Source: Elsinoe ampelina (taxonomy: Eukaryota). From it: 20,000 nt of DNA. The DNA is taken from contig ML992501.1 in the NCBI GenBank assembly GCA_010093995.1, positions 116,250 to 136,249 on the forward strand. Reading direction: 5' to 3'. The notes under the pieces are model-generated. The model saw only the letters and a program-made list of their open reading frames with translations, was not told the origin of the DNA and made no database searches. A program made the position numbers and the translations under genes. This document shows, one piece after another, positions 1 to 13,200 of the stretch (positions are counted from its first letter, which is position 1; each line of letters begins with the position of its first letter).

Positions 1-3286
<3,286 letters not shown>

Positions 3287-3639
3287 TGATCTGTATATAA
3301 TATCAAGAGCACAACTTGTGGTCGCTGTATTTCTAGGCTACCTCCGTCGTATGAATCAATGGCTTGATAGAATTCAATCATGATGTCCGAAATATGCTCA
3401 ATTTTGTTGACTTGTGTGTGGGGAGGAAAAAGGATTAATTACTGCCTAAACTACTAAAATGAGGTAGATTGTAACTACATAAATACTTAACCTAGTGTAC
3501 TAAAAGATAGCTAAATTAAAAGAACTCCTTAATAGCAACAGATTAAGACAATAATTATCTAATTTAATTATAAATTAGTAAAATAGTAAGATAGTGTTTA
3601 GTTTAGCCTTAGGATAAACTAAATTAGAGTCTTCTTAGC

Positions 3640-3845
3640 TAATGCGAGATAGATACGAACTAGATTTAGTTAGGATCTAGTTTAGATTAGTCACGTGATC
3701 TCGGCATTATAGCCCGGGCTTCCGGCCGCTCTGCCCTTAATATTACATGTGCTTTATATACTAGCTTTTCTTCTTCTTCTTCTAAGTCTTAATATCTTAA
3801 TAAATAGACATAATTAACCTCTTATCTTACTAGTTATAATTACTA
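3640..3845 (+). repeat. 5' LTR of element A
   Basis: Aligns without gaps to 16995-17200; by hand count 30 differences in 206 bp, all transitions. Ends TA...TA are compatible with RIP-mutated TG...CA. Confidence 0.92.
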
Positions 3846-3856
3846 TATCGAGACTT
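3846..3856 (+). promoter_or_regulatory. Primer-binding site of element A (probable self-priming type)
   Basis: TATCGAGACTT directly abuts the 5' LTR. Its reverse complement AAGTCTCGATA matches LTR 3784-3794 (AAGTCTTAATA) except for two RIP-type transitions. Confidence 0.65.
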
Positions 3857-3915
3857 TAAAACAACTATAACTAAGCAATAGAGCTATTAAATTATCTAGT
3901 TATTCTACTACTTAT

Positions 3916-5553
3916 ATAACTACTAATAACTACTACTTACGAAGAATTAAAGAATTAAAGAAGAAGCTATTATAACTATAGTTCCTATGTACACTATAAT
4001 AGATCCTTACTACTACTATATAGGTCAATACTATAAATCTTAAAGATATAAGAAGAAGATAATAAGTTAAGTTATAGATAACTCTTAAAGAAAGTAGGCT
4101 ACTAGCTAAAAATTTTAATATTCTCTTTATTATATATTAATGTTTTACACTGTTTTATTTACGACTAACTATACTAAGCATAGCTCGATCTAACTATAGC
4201 AACGAAGAGTACTACTAAAGTAAGCTACCTTAACCTATTCTTAATAATAATAATACTCTTATTTACTCTCTCTACTATAATCTTTTTGCCCTCTCTAATA
4301 CTATACTCCTTAAGAAGCTATAGAAAGAGTATAGTATATAGGCACTAAGAGACGTATTTAACTATATTAAGTCCTTCTATAATAAGTAAACTACATAGGT
4401 AAAAGGCGCTTATACTAATACTCTCTACTATTACTACGAGTTAGATACTACTTAGGCTTAGCTCGGCAACCTCTAATCCGAACTAGATATATCTTAGTTC
4501 TATGCCGATAGTATTACTACCTAAGCTACTCGCTACCTAGACAAAATCTAAGAGCTTAAGGCTAAGGTAAACTAACTAAGAAACAAGATAGAGTATAGTA
4601 TACTAGCCCTTTCTATACGTAGCTCTACCTTATTAGAAAAGATACTAGACTCTACTATCTTTAGTATAGGTATACTAGAGTAGTTCGAGGTCTTTAAGCA
4701 CTAGATAAGGAATAAGATATATATTAATATAGATTATTTCTCTATAAGAGATACCTAGTTTACCTATCTATACTTATGCCTCTCTAGAGAAGCCTATACC
4801 CTTATTATAGACTTAGCTAGTAATAACGTTATTAGCGTTAAAGAGGTCCTTACTCTCCTAGCCTAGCGCTTTAAGAATCCTAACTATAGGGCTACTATAT
4901 ATACTTAGTTTACTAACCTCTTCTAATGTAATAGTATATTTAACTCCTTTATTAGTAAGTTTAATAAGTACGCCCTTTACACTAAGATTGCTAAAGAGAA
5001 GTAGCTATACTAGATCTATTAGAAGATATCTAATAAGCTACGTAATGCTCTAGTTAACTATAACACTAATAACCTTACCGCCTTTATTACTAAGGCCTAC
5101 ACTACTAACTATAACATCTAATAGAATAACCTTATTACTAAGCGTACTTAGGCTTTACGTTCTATACTAGCTATAAGCTACGCCGCTACTATACCTACTT
5201 ATATACCTTATTTTACCTCTATACCTATAGCTTTACTTACCTTCTACTCTATTGCCGGAGGTGCTTTATAGCCTTTCTATCTAGCTCTAGTACTTACCTA
5301 TTACACATGTAGTAAGCCTAGATATATCTCTACTAAGTATATAGCTAGCGCCTTAGAGAAGGCTACTTATACTACTATACGCCCTATGCGTATTAGCGCT
5401 ATAAAAGAGATATAATAGCTCTAGAATTACTTAGCCGAATTAAGCAACTAAGTCGATACTAGTTCGGCTTATAAACTAGATCTAGTTTAGCCTTAGTTTA
5501 ACCCTAAAATAGATTATAAGTCTACTAACCTATCGGGCTAGAGAAATAAGTAG
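3916..5553 (+). pseudogene. gag of element A (RIP-degenerate; start uncertain, alternatives near 4171/4180)
   Basis: CCHC knuckle at 5299-5340 reads tat tac aca tgt agt aag cct aga tat atc tct act aag tat, i.e. (C)YTC(G)KP(G)(H)ISTK(C) after RIP reversal. The frame ends ...(Q)(G)N(E)* at TAG 5551-5553. Confidence 0.7.
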
Positions 5554-8363
5554 CTAGAGGATAAGTTCTATTCTCTAGTAGAATAAGAGCAATTCGAGAT
5601 AGATCTAGAGGTATATAGTTATTAAATAGCGTTATTAGCTACTACATCCCTACTATTATAACTCCTATTACTATTTACGACCCTTATAACTACTCTTATA
5701 CTATTACACTTTAAGCCTTTATCGATACTAGCGCGCTTATTAGCGCTATAGTTAATTATAACATTCTTAATAAGCTAAAGAGCTTTAGCTATCCTATAGC
5801 ACTAGCTAGTTCTATTTAGCTTTAAGCCTATAATAGTGTTCTAATAGAGTAAGTTATATATAGTATTCCCCTTACTACTACTGTTTCTAGTAAGCTAAAT
5901 AACCTTACTACCTTTTATATTATAGATATTAGCCGATTTAATATTATTCTTAGCCTTAGCTAGCTTAAGGCTAATAGAGCTACTATCGACTATAAGTATA
6001 GCCGAGTTATATATAAAGAAGAGTTTTCGCTAACAGTTGTTAAGTAGAAGCTACTATAGCTAATTAAAAGGCTAGAATCTAGATCTAAGCCTAGCTTAGA
6101 TCTAGGAATCTAGCTTAGTAAAGCCGCCGCCCTAGTTTAGAACTAGTTTAGTTCTAGTCTAACTCGTAAACTAAGTTCTAGCTTAGCTACTAAGTTAGGA
6201 CGAACTAGACTATATTAGCTACTAGCTCTTAAGTCGAACTTTAAGCTAAATTAGAGAGAGTTTAAGCTAATCTCCTATAGTACTTAGTTAATATATAAGT
6301 TCTCCTACGTACTTACCTACGTAAGTAACACTAAATAAGAAGAGCTAACTATTACCTTTATTAGTATAGCTGCCTTTATATTAGTAGCTAAATACTAAGA
6401 GAATAAGGTATTTATAATCTTAGTAAAGGATATTAAAGACTACTACTAGATAGCCTCTAAGCTAGAACTAGATTCTATAGTAGTTCTCCTAGAGGAGTTA
6501 TAGAAGTTTACTAATATCTTCTCTAAAGAATAATCTAATATACTTCCTTAGTATCGGCCGGATTTCGACAACTATATTATACTTAAAGATAGTACTAAGC
6601 TACTATATATAGAGCCTTTACGCTACCTATTACTATAAGAACTCGATATAGTAGAATAATTTATCTAAGAATATCTTAATAAAGGCTTTATTATACTAAG
6701 TTCCGCTAGCTATTCCTTACCTATTTTCTTTATTTATAAGCTAGATAGAGAACTTTATCTCTACGTTAACTACTATAGCCTTAATAAGGTAACTAAGTAA
6801 GACGTCTATCCTTTACCTCTTATTAAAGAAACACTTACGTGTATAAGTAAGGCTAAATAGTTTAGTAAGATTAATATCTATTAAGCCTTCTACTGCCTCT
6901 ATAACTCCGTCGATAGTAAAGATCTTACTATATTCTCTATACGCATAAGTAACTTTAAGTAGCTAGTAATACTATTCGGCCTTACTAACGCCTCTATAGT
7001 ATAGTAGAGGTTTATAAATTATAACTTTGTTAATATACTAGAGCGCTTCGTGTTAATCTACCTCGATAATATTCTTATTTATACTAATAGCTCTCGCTAA
7101 GAGTATGCTAAGTATATTAAGCTAGTACTCTAAAGACTCTACGAATTAAGCCTAAATACTAATATTAAGAAGAGCAAGTTCTACCTAATAGAGATAAAGT
7201 ATCTTAGTATTATTATTGGCCGAGATAGAGTTAAAATAGATCTAAAGAAGATAGAAGCTATATAAGTCTAGAAATAGCTAGCTTCTAGTAATACTACTTA
7301 GGTAAGAAGCTTTATTAGTTTCTATAGCTACTATCGCTACTTTATTAAGGGATTTAGTACTATTACTAAGCTACTAAACGATCTTCTTAAGAAGGACACT
7401 ACACTATAGAACAATAAGTATACTACTATATTTAACTATATAAAGTATACTATTATAAGTGTGCTTATCCTTACGTACTTTAATTACTTAAAGTAGATAG
7501 TCCTTAAGACTAACACCTCCGATACTACTACTACTAGAATTCTATTATAATATAATAAGTCTAACGTTCTCTAGCCTATTACCTTTCTTAGTAAATCTAT
7601 AAATAAAGCTAAATATAACTACGCTATCTATAACAAGAAACTACTAGTAATTGTCTAAGCCTTTAAAAAATAAGCCTCTAAGCTTATAAGTACTTAATCT
7701 AATAAGGCTATCTACGTTCTTACTAACTACTAGTCCTTAATATACTTTATAAAGACTTAGAAGCTATTACGCTACTAAGTGCACTAGGCTCTCTACCTTA
7801 TATAGTTTAACTTTAAGATTATATATAGGCCTAGCGCTACTAATAGCAAAGCTAACACGCTTATAAGGAGAAATAGAGACGTACTACGTTTAAAAGAAGA
7901 CCTTAATCTACGCTAGATACTACTACTATATAAGGTGCTAGATTAGCGTATTATTAACAAACTAAATCTAAGTCGTATCTAAACTAGATTACTAATCTAA
8001 GCTAAACTAAGATCTAGTTTAGTATCTAGTTTATAAACTAGTTTACTATCTAGTCTATTATCTATTTTACCTCCTATTTTGCTACCTATATCGGTGCCTA
8101 TTTCGGCTACTAAACTAGGCATCTATATAGTACCTATCTTAGCTATAGAAGAGCCTTTACTCCTTTTCGACGAAGTAGCTAAAGCTAACCTATAAGACCT
8201 TAATTTCGAGATAGTTTATAGTATCTACTATATAATAGAAGCCTTCCTAAAGAGGAAATAGCTACCGTCGACTAATATTACAATTAAAAAGGGAATACTA
8301 TAGGCTAATAGCCGACTAATTATGCCTTTCTCTATAGCTACGAAGGTTATCTAAGAAGTTTAT
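5541..8363 (+). pseudogene. pol of element A, 5' part: protease, reverse transcriptase, RNase H, start of integrase
   Basis: One frame throughout: AFIDT(G)A at 5715-5735, L(C)V(D)Y(R)(G)LN ~6760, (M)(P)FGLTNA ~6970, YLD(D)IL 7059, T(D)(A)S ~7509, IY(D)KELL ~7625, A(D)(A)L ~7851, KVI(Q)EV(H) up to 8363. Confidence 0.9.
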
Positions 8364-8561
8364 TATAATAAAGATAAGATATTAGAGCTAGAAAGACAAG
8401 TATATAGGAGTAGAATAGGTGTTATACTAGTATACCCTCGATTATTGTAAGACTAATCTCTACTCTATCTATTCTATAGGTAAGAAGTGTTTTATCCTTC
8501 TATAGAGAATAGTATCTCTAGAGTAAGCTAGCGTAGTATACTTACTACGTTAGTTCTTATA
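8364..8561 (-). repeat. 3' LTR of element B
   Basis: Direct repeat of 15457-15654, preceded on the - strand by AGAGGGAGAATAAT (PPT). Confidence 0.93.
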
Positions 8562-8575
8562 ATTATTCTCCCTCT
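8562..8575 (-). promoter_or_regulatory. Polypurine tract of element B
   Basis: The - strand reads AGAGGGAGAATAAT directly before the 3' LTR. Confidence 0.8.
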
Positions 8576-9217
8576 TCGAGAGGTATACTCTTACGCCTAT
8601 AAGCCTTAATAAAACCTAGAAAACCTAGTATAGGAGAAAACTAGAAAAGAGTATCTTACTAGTGCCTCTTAGGTATAGCGCACTCTTTACGCGTATAGCG
8701 TACCTATAGTAGCCTATACTATTCTTTATATACTAGATGTAGTAATAACAGTATAATTCTTTATATATAAAATATAGCGCTCTTATATTGTTATTTTTAT
8801 ATATAAGAATCTACCTATTATTATATACTACTACCTATTATTCTCTAGATTAGTCTTAGCTTAGAGCTAGATATATATTCTTCTCTTCTTCTTCTCTTCT
8901 TCTTTTCTTCTTTATAATACTTCCTTCGCGTAAGTATTCTACTTAATACTAGCTCTATACTTATATAAGTCTAATACTATACTAGTAATCTATTTTAGGT
9001 ACTATATAGTATAGACTAGGTCTTACTAGCCTAAGGGCTAGTAGAGGAGACTTAGTATATACGCTAAGCCTATACTACTATAGATCTAGCTATTAGGCTT
9101 GTCTATTTAGTTATTTATTTACTAACCTAGTATAGCACCTACGTAGCAATTTTTTTCCCTTTATTATTCTAGCTCTACGCTAGCTTACCTTCTATATACT
9201 TATATACTTTAATAACT

Positions 9218-10103
9218 ATAGCCCCTAAAGTTCCTAAGGAGTAAGTATTATATATAGTACTTACGCTACGCCGGCGCTAACCTTTTATAGACCTTATAAG
9301 AGCGATTTTACTAACTAGAACTAGTACTCTATACTATACTTATACTATACTATTGCTATCGATAAGCACCTCTAGCTTAAAGATAGTACACTTTCTATTA
9401 AGGATTCTCTCTACTAGATTACTAAGGCTAAGGCTACCTACTATAATCGTTATAGTTATAGTAATAAATACTACTACTAGGTATACTCTATACCTATACT
9501 ACGCCTACTTTATACTAACCTTAGTAGCCTACTAAGCTCGACTTTAAGAATTAAGTTACTACTAAGAAGCTCTAGGATAAATACTTTACTACGTATATGC
9601 TACTCTATAATAATACTACTACTCCTAAGAAGAATATTATTCTTCTAAAGCGCTAGATTACTACCTATACTAACTATATACGCGAGAAGGCTAGCGCTAA
9701 GCGTATATAGAGCAAGTCTAATGCTAAGGGCAAGAGTAAGGTAGTTAATAAGAGTAATAGTAATAGTATAACTTCTTTACGCTATAATAGCGCTATTACT
9801 ATACCCTTTACCTCTAAAGTTAATACTAAGTAGCTAGTAAAAGCGCTATGCCTAGGTATAATTAGTAATACTAGCTTTATACTTAAGGCTTTAGCTAATT
9901 ATATAAGTCTAGAAGTGTGCCTCTATAACGCTTAAGCTACGCTAACTTCCTTATAGGTAGTTACTAAGAATAAGTAAGCCGCTACTATATAGGTAATTAA
10001 TAACGCTATAAGGGCGCTAACTAGGTATATTAATAGTGTTAAGAAGAATAATAAGGATAAGACTAAGGTAGATAATATAGATAGTTAAGGTAGAGAGGGC
10101 TAG
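9218..10103 (+). pseudogene. Antisense, intron-containing accessory gene inside element B (exons 9218-9240, 9291-9480, 9528-~10103); unknown product, putatively Cys-rich N-terminus and acidic C-terminus
   Basis: Intron 1 (9241-9290) is GTAAGT...GCTAAC...TTTTATAG. Intron 2 (9481-9527) is GTATAC...TACTAAC...TAG. Removing both joins three different frames into one, starting ATA GCC CCT AAA (inferred ATG, MAPK...). Internal stops are all TAA/TAG, consistent with RIP of CAA/CAG/TGG. Confidence 0.75.
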
Positions 10104-10229
10104 GGCACTATATCTATACTATGCCCCCTTCGCTTTAGTATAATTCTATAGTTTTTGCTACGCTAGTGTTTTTTCTATATAAGCTAATAATACTCTAAGC
10201 TAACCTAGTACTACGCCTAGATACTCTTT

Positions 10230-13200
10230 ACTTTAAAATTTGTACCTTTAACTTATTAATTCTAAGTATGTCTAGAGTATTTAGCTAGCGCTATACTTAT
10301 ACTAAGCTACCTTATATTTATATAGTAATTCCTTAGCGTTTATAAGGTTTTTTACTAGCTCCTATATACTTTCTTCTATAGGGTAACTCTACTACTTTAC
10401 TAGGTAGTATAGCGCCTTTAGAGTGCTAGTATAGCTCTTGCCGAGGATATATTTAATAATATATTCTTCTTACTCTTCTACCTCTAGAGGTAGTAGGTAT
10501 ATACTCTTACTACATCTATATAGCTCTAGTAGCGTAACGTTAAAGACGTTATAGATTAGCTTTATTTTGTCTAGTAAGTATAGCTTATATACCTATATAC
10601 TAATTTGTTATATAATTATAAAGGGGCTAATATACTTAGCTAATAGCTTATAGCTAGGTCTAGCGCTATAAAGGTTCTTAGTGCTAAGTATAACCTCGTC
10701 GCTATTATAGAAGACTTTTACTTATTAACCTCTATTATAGACTAGTACTTAGTCTTTCTATACTTTATATAGGTGTCGGGTAAGCTCTATATACGTTTTA
10801 GTAATAGATTATACTTAGTTATTAACTAACGAGTTATACGCTAGCATGTAGCTAGGTAGTACTAGCGCCTTAATATTATTAAGTAGGCATATCTCCTACG
10901 TAAATAAGAACTATACTAGCGTAGCGTATAGTAACACTTAATATATGTTATTATACACGAATTACGCCTACTTAACCTAGTATAGCTAGTCTATCTAGTA
11001 ATAGTCGATAAAGTAGCGTAGGTACTACTCTAGCGTCTAGTTTTGCCTTTCGGTTTAGCTATCTATCTATAGATAGAAACTAGTACTAAGCTTATATTAC
11101 GCCTTCTAGCGCTAGTATAGCGCACTCTAGAATTTGCTTATAAAGATAGACTCTCTATCTAAGACTAGTGTCTTTAGCGTTCTAAATAATATTATAATAT
11201 CTATTTTAAATAGATTAGTAAAGTCTCTAGTATTAAGCTTAGTCGACGTTAGCGTATAGATACTAAACTTAGATAAGTAATAGATATATACGATAATCGC
11301 GTCTATAATAACGCTAGGCCGGAGCTCTACTAGGGGTAAGCTAGTAATAAAATTAAGCAACTAGTGTTATAAGGCCTTAAGTATAAGTAGGATTAGTAAG
11401 AGTTATAGGAGACTATAAGGCTTATACTATATTACCTTATGCCTTTAGTAGCTATCGTAGTGCTCGATATACACTTTCGTAGCGACGGATATACCTAGCT
11501 ACTAGTACTTTCTCCTTATATTAAGGTAGGTCTTTATATAGCTAAAGTAACTCCCTAAGGAGTTGTTATAATTATGCTATATAAGCTCTACTCTTAAGGT
11601 AGTTTCTTCTAGGATATATACCCTATCTCTATTCCGGAGTAAGCTATTACTAGATAGGCTCTACTTAGGGGTAGTACTATTACTAGTCGAGGTTCTCTCT
11701 TTTAGAAGTTTCTATTTCTTACTATAAGTAAAGGTGTCTCTTTACTATACTATATAGATAAGGTCCCGGAGCAATATAGAAGTAAAAGAGATATACGTAG
11801 TCTTATCTACTAGTACTTACGTAGCGTAGAGGCGTATAATCTACTAACTCTAGTCTAAAATTATAATAGGCTTCTTACTAGAGGTGTCCCGGAGTTATAT
11901 AGGTATTATACTATCTTTATGCCCTTAGCTCTCTATTATTTCCTAGGTAAGTAGTAGTATATCCTAGGATGCTAGAGTAGACATATATCGTTCTAATTTA
12001 ACATTGCTAGTTAGGCTTAGAGAGAGATTTATATAAGTACTTTCTAGGCGCTACTCTTCTTACTTTAGAGGCTCTAACTCTTCTTAGTATAGCTATAGCG
12101 CTCCTAAGGTAATAGGTAGACTTATAGGCGCTATTCTAGAGATATACTAGAATTGTATAAGCGCGTTATATTAGGGAGTAGTTTAAGGCACATAAGCTAT
12201 ACTAGCTTTATTACTATCTTCCTAGGCTCTACTAGCCTTAGGTTTCTTATCTATAATAGATATAGGTATAACTCCTTTACTTCGCGTTTATAATACTTTC
12301 TCTAAGAGAGAGACTAATATATAGTACTCTTCCTATATATCTTCTTTATACTTATAGTAGTTAGGCCTACGTAATAGGCTATTAGCTAGGTTAGTCTTTC
12401 TACTATAGTACTAGATAATAATATTAAACTATGCTAGTACCTCGGCGTAGCAGGCCTAGCGCTATAAAAGCTTCTTAGTAGTTAGGAAATACCTAAGGTT
12501 ATTATAGTTAGAAAGGACTTTAATTAGAGTAGTAGCGCTAAGTAGGTACTAGCGCTAGTACTATACTACTTCTATAATAGCGAGAAGCTCTTTATCGTAG
12601 GTAGTATAGTTTAGTTCTATACCTTATAGCTTCTAGGACTAGAACGCTATAGAGTACTAGTATTATATAGAGGTATTACTTTTGTTTTACTAGAAGATTA
12701 CTCTAGAGAGTATAAAATCTAAAGCGTTAGTCTCGAGCTAGAGAGGCTTACCTAATAAAAAGTAGCGTAGTATAGGCACTTATATAAAGGTAGCTTTAAG
12801 CCTATTAAAGGCCTATACTACGTTATTACTCTATAGAAATAGGCCTACTTACTTCCCTTAGACTAACTCTTACGTAAGTATAGTTAGTAGTAGCGCTATA
12901 TAGGAGAAGCTTTTAATAAATCAATAGTAGAAATTAGTAAATCCAAGAAAGGTTTATAACTTCTTAAGGCTAGTAGAGGTAGGCTAGTTAGCGACGGCTT
13001 ATACCCGGGGCTACTCTATCGCGACGCTATTACTACTAATAACATAGCTTAGGAATACTACCTATATTACCTTAAAGATATACTTCTTTAGTTTTATATA
13101 GAGGCTATTCTTACGTAGGTAGTCTAGTACGCTCCTAATAGCCTAGTAATACTCTTACTTATTACTAGCGTAGATTAGAATATTATCTAGGTACATAATA

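Noticed and set aside
3755..3760. TATATA as the TATA box of LTR A
   Set aside because: The 3' LTR has TGTATA at the same position, so it was probably created by RIP.
3766..3783. (CTT)n tract as a standalone microsatellite
   Set aside because: Present identically in both LTRs of A, so it is part of the LTR.
7960..8060. Short palindromic repeats as a CRISPR-like or satellite array
   Set aside because: Eukaryotic context, irregular spacing and in-frame position within the pol linker; reported instead as a dispersed motif.
9353..9535. 60-aa ORF from the ORF track as a membrane peptide gene
   Set aside because: It lies in a different frame from the spliced antisense gene and runs through intron 2; its Ile/Leu/Tyr richness is a RIP by-product.
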